64,000 nucleotides of DNA from a virus: the IMG/VR virus record IMGVR_UViG_3300037307_000721, one strand, 5' to 3'. The notes beneath the pieces are model-generated. The model ran no database searches. It had not been told where the DNA came from and worked only from the letters and a program-made list of their open reading frames with translations. Below, one piece after another: positions 19,085 to 28,717 of the stretch (position 1 is the first letter of the stretch; the number at the start of each line of letters is the position of its first letter). A program made the translations under genes and the position numbers.

Positions 19085-19487
19085 CCTGGCGCTGGTGTGC
19101 TTGCTGGCCGCGCCCGTGCGCGCCCAGACCGCGCCGGACACCCAGCTCCTGGAGGTCGGCGGGCAAAAGGGCATGTGGTTCCCCATGGCCAAGGCCAAGC
19201 AGCTCCTCTCGGACGTCTCGGAGCTGCCCAAGATCAAGGACCAACTGGCCCTCATCGAGAAGCGCCTCGAGCTCGAGAAGTCGCGCTCGGAGCTCCTCGA
19301 CCGGAACGTCAAGACCGTCGAGCAGATCGCGGTGAACTGGAAGACCACCGCGGAGGGCCAGGCCAAGCTCTTGGCCAACAAGGACCCCTGGTGGCGGCAC
19401 CCCTACCTCTGGACAGCGGTGGGCCTGGTCGTGGGCGTCGGGACAACCGTCGGCATCACCTATGCCGTCAAGCACGGGACGAACTGA
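19044..19487 (+). CDS. spanin-partner-like protein (signal peptide, coiled coil, C-terminal TM)
   Basis: ATG19044 with AAGGAG RBS inside previous gene; VRA|QT signal; hydrophobic C-terminus; no canonical lipobox. Confidence 0.55.
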   Translation: MRKSSRHSRSWATSLALVCLLAAPVRAQTAPDTQLLEVGGQKGMWFPMAKAKQLLSDVSELPKIKDQLALIEKRLELEKSRSELLDRNVKTVEQIAVNWKTTAEGQAKLLANKDPWWRHPYLWTAVGLVVGVGTTVGITYAVKHGTN

Positions 19488-20135
19488 ATGGCCTACGATG
19501 ACGACGACGAGAACGGCGATCTCGCGAAGACGGACCGGCTGGCGGCCATCCTGGTCCACGTGGGCGCCACGCGGAAGGGGATTCGCCGTCTCGAGGGGGA
19601 CGTCAAGGAGGTCAAGGACAAGCTCGAGGACCTTCGAAGCAAGTCCGTCGACAAGGCGCATTGCACCAGCGAGCACGCCAAGGTAGACCAGAGCCTGCGT
19701 GACCTATCGCAAGAGCTTCGCAAGAAGGCGACCGGCACCGCGCACCCGGCGGTAGGCTCGCCCGCGGCGCAGCACATGGCCCAGCAGATGGCCCAAGGCA
19801 ACACCGGCCAGATGCAGATCCCCAAGTCGGCCGAGGAGGTCATCGAGGAGCAGCGCGAGAAGACACGCCGCAGTCTCAGCTTCTGGATCGGTCTCATCGC
19901 CACGGCGAGTGGTCTGCTCGGCGGAGCGGTCTTCGGCCTGATGAAGCTCGGGCGCTACTTCGACCGCATGGACCAGGTTGTCGAGGAGTCCGAGGCGCGC
20001 ACACGCAAGCTCCGGGAGCAGATCCGGGAGGAGCTCAAGGAGCCCAAGATCATCTACGTCAAAGTACCTGTGGCGCCGGACGGCGGAACCACGCCGCCAG
20101 CAAACCGATACGCTCCGCGACGACCGAAACGATAG
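19488..20135 (+). CDS. coiled-coil + TM protein (XhlA/holin-like)
   Basis: Heptads then SFWIGLIATASGLLGGAVFGL TM. Confidence 0.5.
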   Translation: MAYDDDDENGDLAKTDRLAAILVHVGATRKGIRRLEGDVKEVKDKLEDLRSKSVDKAHCTSEHAKVDQSLRDLSQELRKKATGTAHPAVGSPAAQHMAQQMAQGNTGQMQIPKSAEEVIEEQREKTRRSLSFWIGLIATASGLLGGAVFGLMKLGRYFDRMDQVVEESEARTRKLREQIREELKEPKIIYVKVPVAPDGGTTPPANRYAPRRPKR

Positions 20136-20631
20136 ACGGCCTGGTCGGCCGGCGCCGAATCCGCTCCCGCCTGGGCAGGAAGAGCAGGGAGACGTGGGAC
20201 AGGCCCCGCGGCCGGCCCAGCTTGCGCCAGAGCCCCACGGAGAGGTCGACGACCGCGCGATAGCGCCAGCCCTTGGGCGGCCGGCCCGGGCCCGTGAAGA
20301 CCTTCCAGCGGCCCTCCCGGTAGGCGTTCTTGAGCGGCCCGGTGTAGATGCCGAACGGACCGGCGTCCTGCACCGTGGCCATGACGCATCGCGACGTGTC
20401 CCGGGCGCAGACCAGCACGCGCCGCCCGCAGCCCACCTTCCGCCACTTCCGGTAGGCGATGTGGACCTGGTCCTGCGTGAATCGCCCACCGCACGCTAGC
20501 TCGCCGGCATTCCAGCCGTCCCCCGGGTAGTACATGGACAGCGGCCCGGCGTCGTACAGCGCACCCTTGGCGCCCTCGGCCGGCACCAAAGATACAAGTG
20601 CTGCCACCAGAATCCCAAGCAAGTACTCCAC
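20059..20631 (-). CDS. RlpA-like double-psi beta-barrel lytic transglycosylase, signal peptide
   Basis: SMYYPG...LACG..F...AYR...CG..V.V...VQDAGPF...VVDLS. Confidence 0.75.
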   Translation of the reverse strand: MEYLLGILVAALVSLVPAEGAKGALYDAGPLSMYYPGDGWNAGELACGGRFTQDQVHIAYRKWRKVGCGRRVLVCARDTSRCVMATVQDAGPFGIYTGPLKNAYREGRWKVFTGPGRPPKGWRYRAVVDLSVGLWRKLGRPRGLSHVSLLFLPRRERIRRRPTRPSIVSVVAERIGLLAAWFRRPAPQVL

Positions 20632-20700
20632 TTTGCCCTCCTTCGGCGCGAGTCGGGAGGTTCGATCGTATCGAGGATCTGGGCTGCTTGCAACCCGAAA

Positions 20701-21273
20701 TCAGGTGGTCGAGCTTACGATCGCCTGTACCTTCTGCGCGAGCTGGTCGACGGTGCCGTCGTTCAAGATGACCGCGTCCCAGCCGTCGTAGCCGTCGAGC
20801 GCCGTCTCGGACAGGTGCGTGTCCTCATCCGGGCTGGTAGCCGGCGGCAGCAGGTGCGCCGGGCGCTCGACCTTGATGGCCAAGCCGCCGATCCGGTGGA
20901 TGGCTTCCGCCTCGTTGGGAAACCGGAGGTCGCAGACCACCACCGAGGTCTCAGGGTTCGCCAGAGCGCGCCGCTCGAGCGTCTTGACCCAGATGTCTTC
21001 GCCGAACACGCGGCGCATGGCCTCCGTGCCACCCACCTGCAGCGCCCAGCGCGGGGTGAAGCCCCAGAAGGGGTCCACCTCGAACTTCCGGTCGCCATAG
21101 AGCTGGTCCTGGTCGAAGCCGAAGACGACGCGCGCCATCTCCTTCAACGAGGCGGCGAACCAGTCCTGGCGGACAGGTCGACCCTGCTCACGCAGCAGCC
21201 GACAGGCGATCTCGCCGCACAGGTCCTTGCCGCGACGTCTCTTGTGCCCGAAACCGATGATGAGCCTGGCCAT
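20701..21273 (-). CDS. deoxynucleoside monophosphate kinase
   Basis: GFGHKRRRGKD, FAASLKE, RWALQVGGTE, DLRFPNE, HLSETALD. Confidence 0.92.
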   Translation of the reverse strand: MARLIIGFGHKRRRGKDLCGEIACRLLREQGRPVRQDWFAASLKEMARVVFGFDQDQLYGDRKFEVDPFWGFTPRWALQVGGTEAMRRVFGEDIWVKTLERRALANPETSVVVCDLRFPNEAEAIHRIGGLAIKVERPAHLLPPATSPDEDTHLSETALDGYDGWDAVILNDGTVDQLAQKVQAIVSSTT

Positions 21274-21282
21274 GGCTCACCT

Positions 21283-21549
21283 CTACGGCGCGGGTGGGAT
21301 GTCGAGTGCCACGGTGCCCTTGGCCTTCGTGTCCACGTAGACCCGGCCACCACCCTTGATGTGAGCCATGAGCTCGGCGATCTTGCGCACCGAGTATCGC
21401 ACCGCCTCGGAGGCCGTGGTCGCCCGGATCGCCTGCTTCACCAGGCCGGCCTCGCGCTCGGTGTCTTCGTCGAACATGAACGTACGTCGTCGGTATCGCA
21501 CCTCCGCCTTCTTGTTGTTCTTGGGCTTGCGCTTTCTCGGTGTGGCCAT
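21283..21549 (-). CDS. ribbon-helix-helix-like DNA-binding protein
   Basis: ATG21549; RRTFMFD strand then helix-helix with TASEAVR. Confidence 0.55.
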   Translation of the reverse strand: MATPRKRKPKNNKKAEVRYRRRTFMFDEDTEREAGLVKQAIRATTASEAVRYSVRKIAELMAHIKGGGRVYVDTKAKGTVALDIPPAP

Positions 21550-21592
21550 TCTTCGTCTCCATCGCAAGACTGCTCGGAGCGCATCGCGGAGA

Positions 21593-21621
21593 AATCTAGT
21601 ATATGATTCTGCGCGAGTCAA
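21593..21621 (-). promoter_or_regulatory. sigma70-like promoter (leftward)
   Basis: TTGACT-17-TAGATT in AT-rich divergent gap. Confidence 0.6.
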
Positions 21622-21676
21622 GCTCGATTCAAATTCGACAGCGAAAAACAGTTGCAAAAAATTCGCACCTGGGGTA

Positions 21677-21705
21677 TTGACAAAGAGGCTGGTCTCGCGT
21701 ATATC
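21677..21705 (+). promoter_or_regulatory. sigma70-like promoter (rightward)
   Basis: TTGACA-17-TATATC; AAGGAGG downstream. Confidence 0.55.
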
Positions 21706-21735
21706 TTTACGCAAGGAGGCGCAAAGAAGAACGCC

Positions 21736-22143
21736 ATGAAACCTACGCTACCACCACCACAGAGGGGACCCGAAGCCCTGCCGAAACTCGAGGACATTCC
21801 CGGTGCTTTGCCGGAGAACGCCCGCCTGCGCCGGCAGAAGAAGCTGCCCACCCGCGTGTCCAAGCGCGCAGAGGAGAACGAGCCCTCGGCCGACTACATC
21901 GCCCGGATGGAAAAGCTCGGCCCCCGGCCGGGCGAGAGCTTCCTGGCCTTTCGGAAGCGGATGTGCATGATTACCGGCATCCGGGCGCTCTGGGTCGAGA
22001 CCTGGCGCAAGTTCGGCGGCAATCGGGTCGACGCGGCACGGGCTCTGGGCATCCCGACGAACAACATCGCGTTCGAGCTGCGTGCGGTCGGTCTCTCCGT
22101 GCCCATGCTCAACGACATGCTCCTCGGGAAGGTGAAGCTGTGA
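21736..22143 (+). CDS. Fis-type HTH regulator
   Basis: GGNRVDAARALGIP...L; ATG21736. Confidence 0.75.
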   Translation: MKPTLPPPQRGPEALPKLEDIPGALPENARLRRQKKLPTRVSKRAEENEPSADYIARMEKLGPRPGESFLAFRKRMCMITGIRALWVETWRKFGGNRVDAARALGIPTNNIAFELRAVGLSVPMLNDMLLGKVKL

Positions 22144-22409
22144 AGAAGGAAAGTCGCAAGCCCCAGGTCTCCATCCGCGGCGAGACCTACGCCAAGGTCA
22201 AGGCCTACGTCGAGAGGCTCAAGAAGGGCAACCCCGACCTCGAGCACCTGTCCATCGCGGGCTTCATCGAGAACCTGTGCACGGGCTTCTTCGCTCGCGG
22301 CGAGAAGAACTCGCACGCGAGTCGGGCCCGGGCCGCGAAGAAGGCGCCGAGCAAGGGCAACGGAGCAGCGCATCACGAGGACCTGGACGTCCGTTCGTTC
22401 AGATTCTGA
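22140..22409 (+). CDS. small DNA-binding protein (RHH-like)
   Basis: GTG22140; PQVSIRGETYAKVK...SIAGFIE. Confidence 0.5.
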   Translation: MKKESRKPQVSIRGETYAKVKAYVERLKKGNPDLEHLSIAGFIENLCTGFFARGEKNSHASRARAAKKAPSKGNGAAHHEDLDVRSFRF

Positions 22410-22421
22410 GGAGAACCAGCC

Positions 22422-22565
22422 ATGGCACAGCGAGAGCTCACAACCCTGAACGACGTCGCCGACCGAATGGTCGAGCTCGAGAGCGAAAATCGCCTCCTGC
22501 GCATCTTCCTCGGCATCGCCATCGTCGCTGACGTCTGTTTCGTGCTGGCCAAGCTGCTCGGCTAG
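22422..22565 (+). CDS. 47-aa membrane peptide
   Basis: GAGGAG RBS; C-terminal TM; below the ORF-track cutoff. Confidence 0.5.
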   Translation: MAQRELTTLNDVADRMVELESENRLLRIFLGIAIVADVCFVLAKLLG

Positions 22566-22605
22566 AGCCAGCCCTTCATCTGAGGTATAGAGGAGAACCA
22601 CGCTC

Positions 22606-23457
22606 ATGCAGCTCGCCATCGAAATCGTCCAGCCGTCCGCCAAGCTCATCACGCCTCCCGAGTACTTCGACGGCATGATCAAGATCGCCGAGTACTTCGG
22701 CCGTCTCGCGCACAAGAGCGAGGACAAGCAGACCGAGGAGTCCGCCTCGATCTTCTTGCACAAGTGGTGCCTCGACGGTGAGCGCAAGCAGGAGCGGCAC
22801 GAGTCCGTCCTCGAGCACATGGGCCAGGTGAGCTTCCACATGGTCATGTCGCGCGCGGCGAGCCACCAGCTCGTACGGCACCGCCTCTGCGCCTTCACCC
22901 AGGAGTCGCAACGCTACTGCGACTACTCCAAGCCCAAGTTCGGCCAGACCCTGCGGGTCATCTGCCCGCCGTCCATCTTCGCGCCCGGTGAAGGCGACGC
23001 GCGCGTGCCGCATGGCTTGATGGTCGTCGCCGAGACGACCCCGACCAGCCAAGGCACGACCTGGAACGGCATGGGCGACCCGCGCGCCTGGGAGGACAAC
23101 CTCGACTACACCTACAAGCTCGTGGCGCCGGACGCGATGGCCGCGGCTGACCGGCTCATCAACATCGAGCCCTTCCGGCGCTGGGCCTTCGCCATCATCC
23201 GGGCCTATGGGCGCTACCTCTGGCTGCGCGAGCAGCGCGTACCGGCCGAGGACGCTCGCTTCGTCCTGCCCAACGCGGCGAAGACCGAGATCGGCGTGAC
23301 CGCCAACGCGCGCCAGTGGCTCCACATGTTCGACATGCGCCTGGACAAGCACGCGCAATGGGAGATCAAGAAGGTGATGCGCGAGGCCTGGGTCGCGCTC
23401 TGCGCGGTCTGCCCCATCGTCTTCGACAACCCCCGGACGCGCGAGCTGCAGGGATGA
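22606..23457 (+). CDS. thyX: FAD-dependent thymidylate synthase
   Basis: HESVLEH, SRAASHQLVRHR...FTQESQRY, HAQWEI. Confidence 0.96.
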   Translation: MQLAIEIVQPSAKLITPPEYFDGMIKIAEYFGRLAHKSEDKQTEESASIFLHKWCLDGERKQERHESVLEHMGQVSFHMVMSRAASHQLVRHRLCAFTQESQRYCDYSKPKFGQTLRVICPPSIFAPGEGDARVPHGLMVVAETTPTSQGTTWNGMGDPRAWEDNLDYTYKLVAPDAMAAADRLINIEPFRRWAFAIIRAYGRYLWLREQRVPAEDARFVLPNAAKTEIGVTANARQWLHMFDMRLDKHAQWEIKKVMREAWVALCAVCPIVFDNPRTRELQG

Positions 23458-24284
23458 TCGAGCCAAGCAAGGAGAGCTGGGACTGCCTGGTCCTCGTCGG
23501 TGACTGCCTGGCGTGGCTGCCTCAGCTGGCGCCGGGCAGCGTCCACCTGACCGTCACGGATCCACCCTACGAGTCCCTCGAGCGGCATCGGGCGGTCGGA
23601 ACCACGACCAGGCTCAAGGAGTCGAAGGCTTCCTCCAACCCCTGGTTCGCGTGCTTTCCCAACACGGGCTACTTCCGCCTGTTCCGAGAGCTGCACCAGG
23701 CCCACGCGACGAACTCGCACTGCTACGTCTTCTGCGACTCGGAGACCGAGCACGTCATCCTGAGCGGTCGCAACCCCTACGACAAGCGGCTCGACGAGAG
23801 CCTGGTGGCGTTCACGCTCGAAGCGAAGACCTCTCGCGAGCCCAAGGGGCCGTGGACCGCGTGGCCCACGCTCTCCTGGCTCAAGACCAAACGCGGCATC
23901 GAGACCCAGGACGGCGACGAGGCCGAGTACGACATGCTCTCGCCGGGCATGGGCTACCACTGGCGCAGGACCGGCGAGCGCATCCTCTTCCTCGAGAAGG
24001 GCAAGCGCAAGCTCAACAACCTGGGCTGGCCCGACGCGCTCCTCGGACAGAAGGCCGGCCGCGCGGACTTCCCGACGACCAAGCCGGACAAGGTCCTGAC
24101 GCGGCTCATCGCGAACTCGAGCGAGGAGCACGAAGTCGTGCTCGACCCCTTCGCGGGCAGCGGCAGCACCGGCAGAATCGCCTGCCAGATCGGGCGGCGC
24201 GCCATTCTCATCGAGAAGCATCCCACCGACTGGCTCAAGCGCGCCGTCGAGCATCTGGGGCAAGTCGAATGGCGGGAGCTGTAA
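23454..24284 (+). CDS. DNA N6-adenine/N4-cytosine methyltransferase (beta class)
   Basis: GDCL, TDPPY, FPTTKP, VLDPFAGSGST. Confidence 0.93.
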   Translation: MIEPSKESWDCLVLVGDCLAWLPQLAPGSVHLTVTDPPYESLERHRAVGTTTRLKESKASSNPWFACFPNTGYFRLFRELHQAHATNSHCYVFCDSETEHVILSGRNPYDKRLDESLVAFTLEAKTSREPKGPWTAWPTLSWLKTKRGIETQDGDEAEYDMLSPGMGYHWRRTGERILFLEKGKRKLNNLGWPDALLGQKAGRADFPTTKPDKVLTRLIANSSEEHEVVLDPFAGSGSTGRIACQIGRRAILIEKHPTDWLKRAVEHLGQVEWREL

Positions 24285-24289
24285 CAGCG

Positions 24290-24712
24290 ATGGGTTTCAA
24301 CGTCGGACCGGCGCCTCGTGGGATTCCGGGCGGCATGCCCCGGCGATGCCTCATCGAGATGGATGATGGGCGTTGGATCGAAGGCTACGTGCAGCGCATG
24401 GACTGGATGCAGCGCCCGCGCATCTACGACTACGTGCTCGACGACAGAGAAGGGGCGCGCTTCGCGGTGCCCGGTCGTACCCCACCCATCGAGATCGAGC
24501 TGCGACTCTTCGTCGCGAACATGGACGGCCCCGAGCCGACCGATCTGAGCGCAGCGCTCGAGGCGGTGAAGACCGACTACCGGATCCCCGTGCCCGTGCC
24601 GCCCCCGGGGATGAGCCCCGAACCGGTCCCGGAGCCTGAGCCTGAACCCGAGCCTGAGCCGGCGCTGCGTCGCTTCAGCGAACTCGAGATCGACGAGGAG
24701 CCCAAGAAGTGA
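24290..24712 (+). CDS. hypothetical protein with PE-repeat linker
   Basis: ATG24290; (PE)n tract. Confidence 0.55.
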   Translation: MGFNVGPAPRGIPGGMPRRCLIEMDDGRWIEGYVQRMDWMQRPRIYDYVLDDREGARFAVPGRTPPIEIELRLFVANMDGPEPTDLSAALEAVKTDYRIPVPVPPPGMSPEPVPEPEPEPEPEPALRRFSELEIDEEPKK

Positions 24713-25247
24713 CCGGCGCGCAGGAACAGCGGCGAGAGGAGCTCGCCATCGTGATGCACCAGCACTGGACGCTCGCGGTGCGCACGGCACTCACGGCCCT
24801 CGAGCCTCTCATCCGAACCGTGCCGAGGTGTGCGACCTTCCGTGGGGCCTGGCAGGAATTCGACCGCCTGCTCCTGCTCTCGACCAAGAAGTTCGAGTGC
24901 CTCAAGGGCAACGAGTCCTTCCTCGCACTGGCTCAGGCCGACGAGGTCATCAAGCTCCTACAGGAGCTGGGAGAGCTGACATGAACGACCTGAAGCACGT
25001 GCCCCAGTGCCAGGGGAGCCACCTTCGGCCGAACTCCATCATGGAGCGCAAGCTCCTGTTCGATGGGGTCATGGCCTTCTGCAAGAAGATCAAGGCCTGT
25101 CCGGCCTGCGCCACCGCGGCCATCCTCTACGCGGCCACGCTGCCGGCCATCAAGGGCCTGAACATGTCGAAGGAGGCCTTTCTCGACGCGGCCCGGGAGA
25201 TCTACGAGGACGCGGAGAAACAGCTTCAGCATCGGGTGCTCTCGTGA
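24709..25247 (+). CDS. two small hypothetical ORFs (24709-24984, 24981-25247)
   Basis: Coupled GTGA/ATGA overlaps. Confidence 0.55.
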
Positions 25248-25870
25248 AAAAGCCGACCATCATCGTGTCGGACCTCGACGGCACGCTCACCAACACGATG
25301 GACGAGGTCTGCGCCATCATGTGGGATCGACTTCGCGTCGCGCTCTGCGAGAAGGATGTCGCGCAATACGACGTGGCCGCCTCGTTCTGGCAAAACCACG
25401 GCGTGCGCTACTTCTTCCAGCACCTCGAGGCGCTGACCGAGTTTCTCGAGCTCAACATCTGGAGCAATCCGGACGTGTATGCCCGGGTCAAGCCCTACTT
25501 CAACTGGCATCAGGAGCTGCAGCACGCCATCCGCTCGACGGACGTCGAGGTGATCTTGCTCACCTCGCGCCCGCCGGTCCCGCGCATCACGCAGGCCACC
25601 GAGCTGTGGTGCTCGCTCTGGGGCTACGACGACTGCAAGCTCCTCTTCGCCAAGGCCTACGAGCGCGGCAAGCTTGAGGCACTGCAGGAAATCCTCGCCG
25701 CGTCGCACGAGGAGGCCTTCATCTGGTTCGTCGACGACGACCCAGCCTTGTGCGACCACGTGCGCCAGAACCTGCCGCCGGACAAGGTCTGGGTCGCCTC
25801 GCCCGTGCGCCCCTGGACAGGGAGCGCGCTGAACTTCCTCAACAACCTGTCGCCGATGAGCCTGCTATGA
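25244..25870 (+). CDS. HAD-family 5'(3')-deoxyribonucleotidase-like
   Basis: SDLDGTL motif I, LTSR motif II, K, FVDDD motif IV. Confidence 0.82.
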   Translation: MKKPTIIVSDLDGTLTNTMDEVCAIMWDRLRVALCEKDVAQYDVAASFWQNHGVRYFFQHLEALTEFLELNIWSNPDVYARVKPYFNWHQELQHAIRSTDVEVILLTSRPPVPRITQATELWCSLWGYDDCKLLFAKAYERGKLEALQEILAASHEEAFIWFVDDDPALCDHVRQNLPPDKVWVASPVRPWTGSALNFLNNLSPMSLL

Positions 25871-26328
25871 CCGAGACCGAGCCCATGCGCCCCGAGACCA
25901 TCTACTACCGCCGCGAGGCGATCAAGCCGCCCGCGGGCGCCGCGTCCGGCGAATGGGTGCGCGTGCAGGCAGGCTGCAACGCCTGCCGCTACGGGAACAC
26001 GTCCGAAGGCCTGGTGCGCAAGGACTTCAACCACGAGGCCGGCGTGCTCGAGATGCTCTTCTTCGGCGCGGCGAGTGCGCATTGCGCGCACCTCGAACCC
26101 TTCTTGAGAAAGCAGAAAGAACTTGGCGGCCAGCCCGCCGACCACTGGATTGACCTACTGCGGAGACGACAACGTGAGCACGATGACGCTAGAAAAGCTG
26201 AGGCCGGTAGCCGATCACGCAAGCGAGCTCGACGAGTTCGACAAAAAGAACCTGGCAAGCGCGCTGGCCAAGGCGTACCAGGACGAGACCGGAAGCAACC
26301 TCGACGTCCTCGCCGAGAAGATCGGTGA
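25867..26328 (+). CDS. hypothetical protein
   Basis: ATGA overlap; 3' part overlaps next gene. Confidence 0.45.
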   Translation: MTETEPMRPETIYYRREAIKPPAGAASGEWVRVQAGCNACRYGNTSEGLVRKDFNHEAGVLEMLFFGAASAHCAHLEPFLRKQKELGGQPADHWIDLLRRRQREHDDARKAEAGSRSRKRARRVRQKEPGKRAGQGVPGRDRKQPRRPRREDR

Positions 26329-26656
26329 GTGGCGCCGGCGCAAGCAGTTCGACACGTCCTGGTTCATCGTGCCGGAGAAGCTGATGCTCGTCGTCTCCGA
26401 GCTCGGCGAGGCGATGGAGGCGTTTCGGCACCTGCCCAAGCCCATCGTGCGCTGGCTCGACGCAGGCCCGGGTCAGGAGCCTCCCGAGTCGGGCGAGTGG
26501 TGCGTCTGGGAGGAGAACTTCGAGGAGGAGATCGCCGACACGTTCATTCGCCTCTTCGACCTGTGCGACGCGCTCAGGATTCCGATCTCCACCCGCATCT
26601 TCGCCAAGATGGCCAAGAACGAGATGCGACCGATCAAGCACGGGAAGGAGTGCTGA
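26183..26656 (+). CDS. MazG-like NTP pyrophosphohydrolase
   Basis: KLMLVVSELGEAMEA...EEEIADTFIRLFDL. Confidence 0.88.
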   Translation: MTLEKLRPVADHASELDEFDKKNLASALAKAYQDETGSNLDVLAEKIGEWRRRKQFDTSWFIVPEKLMLVVSELGEAMEAFRHLPKPIVRWLDAGPGQEPPESGEWCVWEENFEEEIADTFIRLFDLCDALRIPISTRIFAKMAKNEMRPIKHGKEC

Positions 26657-27191
26657 TGCAGTCCCAACCGCCGCTGAGCTGGAAGAGTGTCGTACTGGAC
26701 CTCGTCGCGGAGCCGCACCGCGCGCGGTTGGGGCAGCTGCTCGACGCGCTCGACCCGCCCTCGGACACGGAGCTCAGCGACTTCCACAAGGAGCTCGAGC
26801 TCGCCCGAGCGCGGGTCATCACCAGCAAGACGTTCCTGCACCCTTCCTTCGTGCACCTGCTTGGCGACCTCGCCGGAGTGGCTGGCGTCGTCGCCGTGCT
26901 CCGCGGCATCACGCTCGTCGCACCACGGCGAGAGGGAGAACCACCATGACGGGTAGCAATGGGAAGGGGGCGCTGGAGCCACGAGAGACCATCGTAGAGT
27001 TCCTCGACGACGAGGACGCCCAGGACTTTCCCTTGGCCTTCAAGGCCGCGGGGTACCGAGGGCCGGGGTGGTACTACTGGAATCGCGAATGGACGCAGTG
27101 CCACGGTCCATTCACCGACGAGCTGGGCTGCGAAGCCGCGTGGAAGGTGTACGCGGCCGCGGCAGAAAGGCCGACGTGCGATATGCCTTGA
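26656..27191 (+). CDS. two small hypothetical ORFs (26656-26949, 26946-27191)
   Basis: Coupled overlaps. Confidence 0.55.
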
Positions 27192-27415
27192 CGGCGCTCC
27201 TACTGGCCGGCTGCTGCGCCTCGGATGTCCATGACGCGCGCCGGGCACTGGAGCTCCGAGGTTGGCGAGTGGTCTCGACGTGGTCCGAAACCTGGACCTT
27301 GCCGGCCCTGTGCCGGACCCGGACCCTCGCACGCTTGAGCCTGCGTCGCGGGACGCAGAGGACCACGGCCTACGTGTGTGAAGGCCGAACGATCGCCATG
27401 AGGAATGAGGAATGA
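27176..27415 (+). CDS. small lipoprotein
   Basis: MRYALTALLLAG|C lipobox. Confidence 0.6.
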   Translation: MRYALTALLLAGCCASDVHDARRALELRGWRVVSTWSETWTLPALCRTRTLARLSLRRGTQRTTAYVCEGRTIAMRNEE

Positions 27416-27903
27416 AATCGCTGAATGAAGTGGGCGCCGCCTTCGCCTGGCAGGCGAATGCCATCGAGCGACTCGCCGCCCTGGCGCACGAGCAGTGGTC
27501 CGGTTGGATGCGCTACCTTTTCTCGAAGTGCGTCGGCGTCATTCCGCACCCCGAGCAACAGCCAGGCGTTCCGGAGGTCGCGGCCATCCCGCCCGACCTC
27601 GAGAAGCGATGGCAGCGCCAGCTCTCCACGCCCTACGCGGACCTGCCCGAGCACGAGAAGGAGAGCGACCGCATCGAGGCGCGCAAAGTCCTCGCCTTGC
27701 TGGTGGAGCTCCTGAACGCCACGGACACGCCCCGGTTCGACATCAAGGTGCACGCGATCGGCGGCGCGACGATCACATGCGACTGCCCGCCGCCCGCGAG
27801 CTGGGAGACCGGACCCGACGGCCTCTCCACCTGTACGTGCTGTGGCAGCAAGCTCGTCGTAGGCGAGCGCCACATCTCCATCATCCCAGGGAAGCGCGCA
27901 TGA
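27412..27903 (+). CDS. hypothetical protein with C-terminal Zn ribbon
   Basis: HEQWSGW...ESDRIEA; CxC...CxCC. Confidence 0.55.
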   Translation: MKSLNEVGAAFAWQANAIERLAALAHEQWSGWMRYLFSKCVGVIPHPEQQPGVPEVAAIPPDLEKRWQRQLSTPYADLPEHEKESDRIEARKVLALLVELLNATDTPRFDIKVHAIGGATITCDCPPPASWETGPDGLSTCTCCGSKLVVGERHISIIPGKRA

Positions 27904-28412
27904 AAAGCGTCAAGGGCGACATCTGGACGGTAGCGACCAAGGACGACGCCATCGTCGTCACGACGAACGTGGGCTGGCGCAAGAACGGCACGGGTGTCCT
28001 GGGCGCCGGCCTGGCGCGCCAGGCCGCGCGTCGCTTTCTGTGGCTCTCGGAGAAGTGGGGGCAGTACTGTCAACAGGAGGGCGCGAACACTGGTCCCGTC
28101 GCCTGGCGCGTCGACTCGAAGTGGTGCCGCTACTTGATCCCGTTCCCGACCAAGGCGCTCAATGAGACCGAGCCCTGGCTGTCCTGGCGCGCGGACTCCT
28201 CTCTCGAGCTCATCGAGCGCTGCCTTGAGCTCCTCGCTGGTCTGGCGCCGGCGCTCTGCGCCTACGCGACCCAGAAGGGCGAGAAGAAGCCCCTCATCCT
28301 GGTGCCAAGTCTCGGCTGCCAGAACGGAAACCTACTCGAGAAGGACGTGGTGCCGGTGATGCAGAAGCACCTCACGCACCCGGCCTTCGTCCACGTGAGG
28401 TATGGAACATGA
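27900..28412 (+). CDS. macro domain protein (ADP-ribosyl hydrolase-like)
   Basis: KGDIW, IVVTTN, GVLGAGLA, FPTK, PSLGCQNG. Confidence 0.85.
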   Translation: MKSVKGDIWTVATKDDAIVVTTNVGWRKNGTGVLGAGLARQAARRFLWLSEKWGQYCQQEGANTGPVAWRVDSKWCRYLIPFPTKALNETEPWLSWRADSSLELIERCLELLAGLAPALCAYATQKGEKKPLILVPSLGCQNGNLLEKDVVPVMQKHLTHPAFVHVRYGT

Positions 28413-28717
28413 TCGAAATCACCGTCACCCACGAGGCGATGGGCGTGAAGGTCTCGGCGAGCGCCAAGATCGGCCCGCACGACGTCGATGGCATCGCCGA
28501 GATGGTCCGGCAGCTCAACGACGCCCTGCGCGAGAAGTCGAAGGTCAAGCGCTGCGCGCTGTGCCTTCGCGCGCTCAAGGACGTTGCGATGCTGGTGACC
28601 TCGTCGACGGGCAACTACGTCTGCGACGACTGCGCCGAGGAAGCCATGAGGCTCGTCACCGAGGACCGCGAGCGCAAGAACAACGCCCTGAAGGAGAACG
28701 CCGATGAACCCGGATAG
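28409..28717 (+). CDS. ClpX-type C4 zinc-finger protein
   Basis: CALC...YVCDDC. Confidence 0.65.
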   Translation: MIEITVTHEAMGVKVSASAKIGPHDVDGIAEMVRQLNDALREKSKVKRCALCLRALKDVAMLVTSSTGNYVCDDCAEEAMRLVTEDRERKNNALKENADEPG

